64,000 nt of DNA, from the NCBI GenBank assembly GCA_964234715.1, contig OZ174280.1; one strand, written 5' to 3'. Of the stretch, positions 11,321 to 22,041 are shown one piece after another. Position 1 is the stretch's first letter. The number at the start of each line of letters is the position of its first letter. The position numbers were made by a program, and so were the translations under genes. The notes beneath the pieces are model-generated. The model was not told the DNA's origin. It saw nothing but the letters and a program-made list of their open reading frames with translations, and searched no databases. The DNA is from Podarcis melisellensis. Its lineage: Eukaryota.

Positions 11321-13499
11321 GTTTCAGCATGCATGCACAGGGGCCTCCTGTACTGACATGGTGCAGCTATTTCATCACACTACATTGGTACAAGATGCCT
11401 CTGTGCAGGTATAAATGTATCACCTTACGTGCCAGACAATCATGATGAAAGCTGCCAAGTTCTTGGTCTGCTGTGGAAGCACAGGTTTCTACCAAATTCT
11501 ACCTCAGGCAGAATTGTGAGCCCTCCTTAAATGCTGTTTGTTAAGTCTGGATTTCCTCCCCATACATAGGCAGTGCACCAGGAGTGGGTGCAAACAGTCA
11601 CCATTCTCCAGACATTTAGCTTGCCTCTCTCCCATTACTGAAATGTTGTGGCTACTTGAGGGGGAAAATGCATTTTTAAATGTTCACCTCCCCAGGAAGG
11701 CTCTTTATCCCTGGTATGCTCCTGAATATAGATTCTTCCTGGTGCTGCCACTATCCCCATATGAGTGCGGTACTATACCTTTCCTCACTATTTGTGACTA
11801 TTGCAGAAATACCAATGCCTCAATGGGCAAAAGCAAATGCTGCAAATGTTTTCATATTCAGCCGGAGCCATGTTGGAACTGATCCTGAGCAATAGTTTGA
11901 GGTGGCAAAACTAGGGGAGCCATTTACCCTGAATCCCCATGAATGCCATTAACCTGCTTCTCTCTCTTCTTGCTCTAACAAAGCATAAAAGGGGAAAGTA
12001 CCACAAACTTCACTTTTTACTTACAATGCTGGTGAATTCAAGAAAAAGTGTGTGTGCATCTATATTCACATACATGCATGATTTAGCATCCTCCTACCTG
12101 CACCCATCAAGTCAGGACTCATTCACACTTCCACATGCCCTGCTGCTTGCCCCCGGGGAAACCCAATCTTTACTGCTGAATTGGAGCAAACATCAGTTGG
12201 GTTTTTGTCCAGATTGACATTTGCTCTGATTTAGCACTAAACAGCAGGCTTTCAGGAAGTTGTGGGGCATAGGCAAAACCACTCAGACCCATGTTTTCCA
12301 GGCATGGGACAAGCGGAAGTGCGGAAGTGTAGACGAGCCCTCAGTTGCATAGCAAATGTGGTACAAATACATACTGAATTTGACTCAAGTGATGACACAG
12401 ATCAGAGAGTCACCCATGGTTTCTCCTAGAGACACAGCAGGATTTCATAGGCATGAGAAGGGGAAGGAAGTTCTTATACCACCTCATGCTCATCCATCAG
12501 GACTCCCTGGCAAGAGCTACCTTTCTTATGCTAATTCACCTGTTGGCTCAACTGGTGGGCCTCATGGCTGAGCTTGTAAGGCCACTGGGCTGCTTCCAGA
12601 AGGAGGCTTCAATCAGGCAACAGGATTTATGCTACAGAAGCTCCTGTCAGCTGCACAGCCCCTTCCGGCAAGTGGTTCCCAAGGGACATGCTGCCCTTGC
12701 GGTGGTGAAGGAAGAGAAGCAGGTCTGGGCTAAAAGCCAGGTGGCAAGGAAGGCTTAGCTAGGAGCCAAGGGAAATCCCTCTTTTGATCCCAGCTCACTC
12801 ATTGCTGGAGTCAACTGGAGCCTCACCTGACCCCCAGTCATTACCCCACAAAGCCTCCAACTCTGGGGCAGTGCAGGCAAGAAGACAACTAGCTGCTCAG
12901 CTTATATCAACAACAAGAAGCCTAGAGTATGCTGGAGTCAAACTGTTCATAACATGATGCCCTCAGTACCAAAGGGAACAGGGAAGATCATTTTGGAGTG
13001 CCAGTGGGTAGAGACTGGGCACAGAATGTTCATCCTAGGCTAGGAGCTGCACAATGTGTGTGTTTCTAAATATGCTAGTGGAAGTCGGGAGGAAAAGAGA
13101 AAGCAGCAGATATTACCAGAAAAGCTTTTCCCAATTCCCCCAGCCTTGCTGGTCAAAGGGCTCCCATGATCACCTTCACATACTGCACCTTAATTGGACT
13201 GAATCAGTGTTATACTCAATATACAATGGGTCAGAGGGGAGATGACCTTTCTTAACTTATTGAGGGTTCTATGCTTCAGTCTGAAGCCCAAACATTTTAG
13301 TAAAAGTCACATGGGACACCCAGCAGAGGTGCTGCTACCCAGGTGTGTTCTGAAGGCACAGGAGGTCACCACTTGGCTGATGCTAAACAGGTTTGTGGCT
13401 GGATTGCCTGAGAACTACATGCAGGCCTCCTTGGATCCCATGATAGAAGAAAGGAAGGATATAAGTGTAATAAAATAAAATAAAATAACATAATAGATG

Positions 13500-13690
13500 C
13501 TATTCACACAACATGTGAAAGTATATTTAATTGGAGGGAGATGCCTGAATCAGGAGATGTTGAAAGAGTGGATTATTATGCCAGTGAGAAGTTAACATTA
13601 AGAATAGTGAATCCAAGCATCAAATTAAATATTATTCAGTGTTTGATAGACAGGGCTGATCTTTTCTTTTCTTTGCCTTCTTTTGCTACA
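13500..13690 (+). mobile_element. L1/Tx1-like LINE ORF2 C-terminal fragment
   Basis: Degenerate peptide ..DYYASEKLTLRI.. resembles squamate L1 ORF2 ends. Confidence 0.4.
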
Positions 13691-13950
13691 ACCTTTAGAC
13701 TGCATTCACTATCATTCTATAGATTTTCTCCTTCTCCAACACATATCAAGTATGAGCACGGGAGAGGGGGGCTTCTCATTTCATTTGCCCCCAAACTTGA
13801 ATCCTTTTGGCGTATGAAGCAGCACTTCCAAAATGGTGCTAGGCAATAAATTGCGGGGATGGAAGAGACAAGCTGCTTTCCTAGGTGGGATGTTTTCTCC
13901 GCCTCATCCTTCTCTGGAATTGCAATAGGGTGGTGGCACTTTAGATCAAT

Positions 13951-14086
13951 CAGCCTTCCTCAGCCTGCTACCCTCCAGATGTGTGGGACTATAACTCCCA
14001 TAAGCCTCAGCTAGAATGGCCCATGGTCAGGAGAGTGGGCATTATTGTCTACTAACATCCAGAGGGCCACAGATTGGGGAAGGTTG
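13951..14086. mobile_element. Palindromic hAT-type MITE
   Basis: cagccttcc...ccctccagatgt ... acatccagagggc...ggaaggttg. Confidence 0.7.
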
Positions 14087-15278
14087 TCCTAAATGGATGA
14101 CTAAAAAACAAACTTGCTTGCCATGTGCATCCTTGGTGCCATCTTGCAGGCACTTTCCCACCTGCCAGTTCAGGGGCTAGAGCTCTTAAAGTTAGGGTCC
14201 AGGGGCAGCATATTTTGGAGAAAATCTGCCACCCCTAAATTGCTCTTCAAATTCATTCCCTGTGATGGGGCTTTCAGCTTGCTTGTCACTCTGGTGCTTC
14301 TCTGTAAGCTCACCTCAGCACTATTCTATATATTTCCTCCATAAATTATTTGCTTATATTACCACCCTCTTAATTCAAAATACCGTATGGTTTAATGGAT
14401 GTTGAACTAAAGGGAGCCTGTTGAATGGACAGAGGCAGGAAATCAAAGGCTTGTGTCAAAAGTAGCACTGTCCAGCATGCCAAGAATAGCCAAAACAGGT
14501 AGAAAAGAATAAGGAACTGAGGTTGTGCATCCAAAAATAAGACTTATGCCACCACAAGTTCTATATACACACACAGCTCTACAAGGTGACATTGAATTGC
14601 ATTTGGCCCAGTGCAATTCAAACATAGTTTTGAGCTGGGAGCAGGATGAATTCATTATGCAACCCATGACCTCAAAGCAGCTACAGAACCACCTGTATGA
14701 TCTGTAGCAAGTTCATCAAATCAGAAATCTCACTTTGGGTAAACCTTTGAAAGGAAATGTTGCTCCACACTGCAAAAGAAGTCACCAATTGTGATGTCCC
14801 TCCCTCCCTTCATGTACTGATGAGCAAACTTCTTTTTAATCACGGAAATTATTTGTCTGCTTCACTGACTATAACAACGGTTTGGACTCCATCTGGCACC
14901 CAGGCTGAACCTTAAATTGCTACAGAAAGCAACTGAGGGTAAAACATATGACCTGATTAAATCTATGCATCAACCCATCAAATGCAGGATAAAAATAAAT
15001 AGGCAAACTGAGGTTTTAAAAGAGGCATAAAGGAGTGAGCCGGGGACGCAGCACTCAACTCTCCTCACTCCAACCCATACACAAGCTGCAACCACAATCC
15101 ATCTGGCCTCAGACTTCCTTTAATTGGGATAGATCAGCTTTGTTAGCTATCACATTCAGTGTGACAGCAAAGAAATCGACTGCAGTATCGGAGCCCCACA
15201 AGTCAGGTTGGGAGATAACACATACTGTGACCATCCAGGATTTTGGGTAGGTGGGATTAATTAGTCAAGGTTTAGCCC

Positions 15279-15733
15279 ATGTACAGGCAATTCGTGGCTC
15301 TCCAGATGCTGGACCACAACTCCCATCAACCCCAGACAACATGTCCAATGGTCAGGGATGAGTTGCAGTGCAGCAATTATTTGGAGGGCCCAGTGGCAGA
15401 CCTTAATTTTTAGGGCCCTGAAGCTTGAATTGTTATGGGAGCCCCTTTGCAACCAGCAATTAGGTCTGGATAACCACTGTTATCTTCTTCAGTTGGGTTG
15501 TTTACAATCTTTTCAACATCCATGCTACTGACTCTCAAAACTCTGAGAAATATATACAAAAACTAATAAATAACCAATCTGAGCCATGCAACTCAAATTG
15601 AGTCTACTAGACCCATTTTTTAAAAAAAGCAATGTGGATGAAAGTTGCTTCTGGGGCCCCTCTGGGATTAAGGGCCCTGAAATTTAAACTTCGTTAGTTT
15701 CGTAGCAGATCCACTCCTGGGTTCCCCATCCCT
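15279..15733. mobile_element. hAT-type MITE interrupted by a second DNA element (15391-15719)
   Basis: The MITE body stops at ..ttggagggcc (15390) and resumes as ggttccccatccctg (to 15733). Flanks gtttagcc / gtttaggc. Confidence 0.65.
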
Positions 15734-18224
15734 GGTTTAGGCTCTTGCCTTCGGAAGGGTGCAGTCAAGACTGATTCACAGAAAAGTAGCAATGGAAACT
15801 CAGAAGTCTTTGCCGAAGGGAGAGGAGGGGGTATCCTAACCATGATGGCTCTGGTTGTGATGCAAGCAATACATTTGCTTGCAGGTGTTGAGATTTGGTG
15901 AAGTTGGTGTTCCATTTTTTGGAGACAGTTCCTAGATATCATTCTTAAAAAGGTGAAACCTGTTTCAAGGTTCTACGAGAAAAAACCAGTAATAGGTCCC
16001 ACCCCCAATAATCTTAATTAATGAGTTGATTTTTCTTTTGTACTTGTAGTCATTCTGATACTTCATTTAAAGTTTCATAGTATATTTCTTGGTACATCCA
16101 AAACTAAGGGAACTGAACGTGATTTTCATTTTTTAAAGTCATTCTTGCTGGCTGTGGGACTTCTTCTAGAAGTGCAAAAATGCTGTGTTCCCCTTACCGC
16201 AAGCCAAGCTGCAGAACTTACAAATTGCAGCTGGCTTCCAGTATTTGAAGTTTCTTGCTAGTATTGATATCTCTTGTAAAAATGATAGTATAACCAAGTC
16301 AGTATTAATACATTTTTTAAAAGGTTCAATTTCCTCTCTTTTAATTTTACTGCTGACAAATCACCAAAAATATGACTATTCACCCTATACTATACTTTGT
16401 GTTGAAAGCCATGCATATAAAGGTATTGTTTGCTTGTGGCTGATGCAAGACATTTTGCTGCCTTTGGCAAAAGACAAAATGGCGTCTCACCATTCCATGT
16501 ACAGAAGCCAACTAGATTAGTATTTAAATCTTATTTCAATACTAGCAATGGTATCGTGTCCACCATACCTGACAGCAGCAGACTACGTCTGTGGTTGCAG
16601 GATAGGTCACAAGGCAGCATTGCCCACAACAAAATGGTATGGTCTAGAAACTCACTAGGAGGAGAACCCATGGGGCTGCTGTCATTGCACCCCAGGACCT
16701 GGTAAATTAGACAGTCACATCACTCTGTCTAATGGTAGGGCCGGCTTTATTGACGCCTCTTCTTCTTGCTTTTAGTTGTTTTCACTTTTAAAACGTTACT
16801 GAGAGCATGGATCCTGCAATCTGTTTTAGGAATCCCTCTGTTCAAAGGCTCAGATAAATTCCTTGTCCAAACCCCTGACCACAGGCACTGTCCCAGCAGA
16901 GCAATCAGTGCATCTGTGTTTGAAGCTTCCCCTTTACTCCACACAGAGCATCAAAAGTTCTGGACAGGTGTTACTAAGAAAAGTGAGGGGAAACTTCTTG
17001 GCTCCATGGGCCAGATCCTTAGCAGGATCTGGTCTAGTCTCACAGGCCAAATTTGACAGGTGGGTGAGGCTTCCCACCTGTCAATCACCTGACTGCACAA
17101 GGGAATCAGTGCTTTGAGGTCTCAAAGCTATGACTTCAAAGCACCACATGCAGCTAATCCAGCAGGCTTCCGATCCACAAATTGGTGGTGGGCAAGCCTG
17201 TTTTCCTTTGCTAATTCACAACAAGGAGTGCACTTCAAGGTTCCTGATTGTGCATTGGCAACTGCATCTTACCAGCCCCGCACCTAACATCATATATGAC
17301 ATCAGGTGTGGGGCAGCTGGGGTGGCTGGCCGTATTTGAACCTCTGATGAGCCAAGTTTGGTCCGTGGGCCAGAGGTTCCTCACCCCTGTGCTAAAGTGT
17401 GCAGGAAGTGGAGTTACCAATAGCTACATGGCCTTTACAGCCCCTCATGCAGTAAATACTGTTCTCTGGCTCTCTCTAGAGGCCACGGGGAAACACAGCA
17501 GCTCCCCACACCTCCAGCTGGCAAATGTAATTTAATGTGTATAAGCTGTGAGGGTACAATGGTGACCACAATGGTGTAGGGCCTGAGCAGTGCATTTCCT
17601 GCTACCAGACAACACAGACCATAAGGTGATGGAAGCGAGCACTACAAGAAAGCAAGGGCTAGAGCCCTCAAGAAGAAAAAGGCCACCTTACTGAAGTCCA
17701 CAGCAGGGGAGATAATGCACATGTGCAGCCACAAAAGTTTATTCACTCACACCTACAACCATAACCAACCTTAAATGCAGACTTTCTGGCTTCATAAAGC
17801 GGATGGAATGGCAGCCAAGGAGCAGCCCCCCCCTCCCTGCACTCCTGTATGTTTATGGGCTGGAGCCCCCAAACTGTTTTATGCATCTCCACCCTCATGA
17901 GAAACAGCCTGGCAGTGATGCCTGAGCCACATTGAGCCTGGCAATTCCTCACCTCTTTGCGCTGTCTCCCCGGGAGCCAGCACAAAGAGGCTTTGAGAGA
18001 GTGTGGTTACCAGCTTTCATTGAGTCTCCGGCATTAACTTCTCCCCTTTACCCCCTTTTTAAACTTGCTGTGGCAGCCGCAGCAACAGGACCCCCTCGCT
18101 TCTTTGTGGAACTTGAACACTCACACACACTCACACACTCACATGAATCCTTCCTCCCCCATTGGAAAAACGGCTCCCTCCCCTCCCCCTGACTTTAGGG
18201 CTTTAGGGAAGATTCCCCACTGAC

Positions 18225-18260
18225 CTGCTCTTGGGGGCAGGGAACCCCTTGGCTGCTCAT
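18225..18260 (-). CDS. SLC6A9: SLC6A9 alternative first coding exon, GlyT1b-type N-terminus
   Basis: ATG AGC AGC CAA GGG GTT CCC TGC CCC CAA GAG CAG|gtcagt gives MSSQGVPCPQEQ. Phase 0 matches the exon at 1715. It ends in EQ like mammalian GlyT1b (..SSPEQ|NGAVP) and is preceded in frame by RPR. An in-frame TAG lies upstream at 18282-18284. Confidence 0.85.
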
Positions 18261-18560
18261 TCCCGGTATCCTGGGGCGTTGCTAGAGCTGTGGCTGTTTG
18301 CTGCCTCCTTCGCATCCAGCCCCGCTGCTACTGGGGCGGTAATGTGCTTGCCTCTCCCTCATGAACTTGGCATTACTCTCAGCTCAGTTCTCCCAGCACC
18401 ATGCTGCCCCCGCCTGCCCAGTGCCCAGCACCGCGCTGCCCTGCACCCGCCAACATTCTATACCCAGCCACATGGCTCCCCTCTACTGCTGCAATCTCTC
18501 CCTCTCTCACACACACATATACACAGAAGCCCACACTCCCAGAAGGACCTAGGATCACCA
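18261..18560 (-). promoter_or_regulatory. GlyT1b 5' UTR / internal promoter
   Basis: GC-rich patch with retained CpGs and GC-box-like motifs directly upstream of the GlyT1b ATG. The TSS cannot be placed exactly. Confidence 0.55.
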
Positions 18561-19231
18561 ATTTCCTCTGTTATTAAGGCTGTATACACCCCACTATCAC
18601 CAAATCCTGGGAACCATAGTTTATCCATTCACAGAGCTGCGATTCCCAGCACCTTTAATGAGCTACTTTTAATGTATGGCGCACATGCAGCCTAGTCTCC
18701 ACTCTCATGGACAAAAGGTGGCTCCTCCTAAGAAGTGATAACCTACAGTACACAGGGAAAGCTCATCATGTTATCTGCAGTCGGATCTTCCAGTGCTTTG
18801 GTTTTCATTAAAGATAGGGTCAGGGCAGAACTGCTGTGAAAAGCAGCATGCAACTCCTCTCACTCAAAGCATTTCCCCTGAGGCTATTTGTACCACTGCA
18901 GAAAGTGTACTTGGTAAATGATGAACAAACGTGAATGAGGTAAAGACTCAGAGGGAACGAAGAAAGAGCCTGGAATCCCAGCAAATTCCACATGCTTTCA
19001 GGCTACAAACAAATGAAGCTGGAGGGTGCAAAGCAGTGTCAGGATATGTTTGGCCAGCCTGACTAAACCAAGCAAAATGAGCCTGGAGGTCTATCCCTGT
19101 CGTACAGCCCATATCCATTTGCTTTCCAAGGGTCCTATGTGGAATTGCTCTTGTGAGGCATGGATGTACTTCATTTTCCAAGTGTGGCTCATTCCTTCCC
19201 AGCATTCAGTATTCAGATCCCACTGAACCAG

Positions 19232-19400
19232 AACCTAGGAGGCTGCCATATACCAAAGCCAGGACATTGGTCTAGCTAGCTGCGTAGTGTCTACATTCAA
19301 CTAGCAACAACTCTTTAAGGTTTCAGCCAGAACACTTTTCCATCTCTACCTGGAGATGCTGGGGACTGAACTGGGTACCTTTTCTATGCAAATGGTTCCC
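19232..19400 (-). mobile_element. Squam3-type tRNA-derived SINE
   Basis: aggaggctgccatatac...ctacctggagatgctggggactgaactgggtacctttt; reverse complement of the 21878-22041 family. Confidence 0.75.
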
Positions 19401-19548
19401 ATTATATCCACTGGCCTGTGGAGCTAGCTATAAGCACCTTCAGGTAGAGATGCAGCAAACAGCTCCAGGGCAGGGATCTGGCTTACCTGAAGCTGAGACT
19501 TGCATGCACAGCAACATGGAAAGCTGCCGTATATCATTTAGCAACATG

Positions 19549-19893
19549 TGGATAGCTCAGTTGTTAGAGCATGGTGCTGACAATGCCAAGGCTGCAGGTT
19601 TGATCCCTGTTTGGGGCAGCTGCATATTCCTCCATTGCAGGAGGCTGGACTACAGGACCCCTGGACAGTTAAGTCCAGTCAAAGGCAACTATGGCTCATC
19701 TTGCTTTCAGGCTGAGGGAGCCGGCGTTTGTCCACAGACGGTTTTCCAGGCCATGTGGCCAGCATGACTAAACCACTTCTGGAGCAATGAAACACAGTGA
19801 CATAAGCCAGAGAGCATGGAAACACCATTTACCTACCTATTTATCTACTTGCAAAGATCCTTAGGGTCCTTTGCAACTCTACAATTCTGTGAT
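19549..19893 (+). mobile_element. tRNA-Ile-derived SINE (POM/Squam2-like) with CR1-type tail, split by a Sauria SINE fragment
   Basis: Head tagctcagttgttagagcatggtgctgacaatgccaagg..caggtttgatccc (A/B boxes), body to ggacta (19652), tail gatccttagggtcctttgcaactctacaattctgtgat (19856-19893). Confidence 0.8.
19655..19853 (-). mobile_element. Sauria SINE (Squam1) fragment
   Basis: gacccctggacagttaagtccagtcaaagg...catgtggccagcatgactaaaccacttctgg; nearly the same sequence recurs within 47648-47870. Confidence 0.88.
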
Positions 19894-19937
19894 CAAGTCA
19901 GACCCTTGGGCCCACCTAGATCCCCCCTCCTGCCTTT

Positions 19938-20002
19938 CCCAGGGATTGAACCTGTGACCTTCTGCATGCAAAGCAAATGTTCTACCACTGAGCTACAGCT
20001 CC
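19938..20002 (-). mobile_element. Squam3 SINE tRNA-like head
   Basis: Minus strand reads gctgtagctcagtggtagaacatttgctttgcatgcagaaggtcacaggttcaatccctg. Confidence 0.75.
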
Positions 20003-21219
20003 TCCCCAACATCCCCAACTCTGACATCCCCGCCCTGACTTCCCAATTCTATTTGGAAATGGAGAGAACTCTGGGATGCAGGGCTGAAGGAGCATGTGGG
20101 GTCTCTTGCTCCGCTTTGCATCCAATCGTGGCGCAACCCTTTCCCATTTGCCCAGCAGGCACGCAGTGTGGTGAAAGAGCCAGCTCAGCCTGACCTCGCC
20201 TAATGAGGCCTCATTAGCAGCATCCAGCTGTTGGCTGCCCCTCCCTTTCAATTAGCTAGCACTAGAAGGAGGGGGCTGCCTCACAGATGGGCTCAGACCC
20301 CACAGTGCTTGGGCAAGCAGCCGGGCGCCAAGAGGGAAAGGCAGCCAGGAAGGGCTTAAGTTTTTCTTACTCCTGCGGTGAAGGAGACTCCACCCGCTTC
20401 TGCCCCCCCCCCCGCCGGCCACAGGCAGCCCCTCCCAAGCCCAGTGCGGGCTCAGCGCCTGTGCTTTCAGCCTGGCCCGGCTCCTTGGAGGCGGTAATAC
20501 CTGGCACAGGATTACAGTCTTGCTGGAGTCTGCAGAGGCAGGCATCCTGGGCCCAAACAGATTTCATAACAACTCATTCACAGTGCTCACATACAGTATT
20601 CCTTGCTGAGCTATTTAAGTCTTGGCTTGGCACACACCCCTGGCCTTATAGGGACTTCTGCCTGCACCCACCTGTTGTAGGGCATCCCAAAAAGCCCAGC
20701 CAGTCACAGAGCTGAGAAGAACTCAGAGCTGTAAAGAGACAGTTCTGAGACGTGTGCATGTACGTGTGTGTGTGTGTGTGTGTAGCCAGGCTTGAGTCTA
20801 GTTCTTGGCATGACAGTGTAGGTCTTGCCCCACAGCCAGCTTAGCCCTCTGAGGTCAATGGCAACTGTACGCAGCCGCCTGCCCCTCTGCAGGGGCCTGT
20901 ATATAGCACCACAGTCTGCTTAGGATACAGCTATCTAGCACTGGGCCTGGACTGGTGTCGAAGGCTTGATTGTGTGAGCCAATGTTCCTCTTTCTCCTTG
21001 CCACCCTTGGATGTGTGTGTGTTCTGTAGCCACGCCTTGGCCAAGTAGCTCTGACACTCAGAGAATACCGAGAACTATGACAAGACGGTAGGTTTGAGGT
21101 CCCAGGTGGAAGATCAGTGCTGGGGCCACCCTCGGCAAGGCTGGGGCACAACACCAAAGGGGGCAACAGCAAAGGGGAGTTATCCACTGTGGGGGTGGAA
21201 TGAGGGTTTGAGCCAGTCC

Positions 21220-21579
21220 CCTTGTGTTAAAGTTATTGTTTTCACGGGGATGTGGTTTTAACTTGGATGGGTGCTGTTTTATTGGGAGGGTGGTGTTGTT
21301 TTAAATTGTTTTTAAATGTTATATGTTAATTTGGATTTTTCTATTTGTATTTGTGGGTGGGCTGGAGCATTGTTTAGGGGCTTTTGTTGGGGAATGTATT
21401 GTTTATTAGTGTCTATACTGTACATCACAATTGTTTATTGTTTTGATTATTTTTATCATATATTTTGTGCTTTGATTATTTTTCTTATGATTTTATTGCT
21501 TTGTATATTGTAACTTTGTGTTGTGAACTGCCCTGAGACCTATAGGTAGAGAGCGGTACGCAAATTTAAATAAATAAAT
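21220..21579 (+). mobile_element. L2-type LINE 3' UTR and tail
   Basis: T-rich tract ending tgtgaactgccctgagacc...gcggtacgcaaatttaaataaataaat. Confidence 0.65.
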
Positions 21580-21877
21580 GGAAAGCTTTAGGCAGGCATA
21601 TTGCTGGATACATGGATTCATGACATAAATTTGCATTCAATCTCCATATGCTAACTTAAATGTATAGATATTTATGGGAAACTAAGGTAGCGGGTGACTA
21701 AGGTAGTTGGTTCATCGGTAGTGAACTCGGCAGTGTGCCCAGCTGTCCTATATGCAAACTGACTTTTTAAACGCCCCCCCCCCCAAAGAGGCAAAGGAGT
21801 AGGCAATCCAGAGCCTATTGCAAAAATCATGGGGTTCAGCAATACCCCTGCCTGCAGGTTCTCCTTCCAGTAGAGAA

Positions 21878-22041
21878 GGGCTATAGCACAGTGGCATGCT
21901 GACAGTCCCAGGTTCAATTCCTGGCCTCTCCAGGCAAGGTAGAGAAAGATCTCTGTCTGAAACCCTAAAGAACCTCTGCCAATCCTTGTTGACCATACTG
22001 GGCTAGATGGACTGACCTGGTGTAAAACACTTTCCTATATG
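21878..22041 (+). mobile_element. Squam3-type SINE
   Basis: gggctatagcacagtgg..tcccaggttcaattcctggc..ctgaaaccct..actgggctagatggac..ttcctatatg. Confidence 0.78.

Noticed and set aside
17953-18040. Minus-strand donors at 17953 and near 18010 as extra GlyT1 first exons
   Set aside because: The phase-0 frame has a TAA upstream and no ATG; nearby ATGs are out of phase or stop quickly.
18193-18208. TTTAGGG twice (and ccctaaccctaac near 60596)
   Set aside because: Too short to be interstitial telomeric arrays; the second is inside a MITE.
19549-19620. tRNA-Ile-like sequence
   Set aside because: Mutated and continuous with a SINE body and CR1-like tail, so it is a SINE head rather than a tRNA gene.
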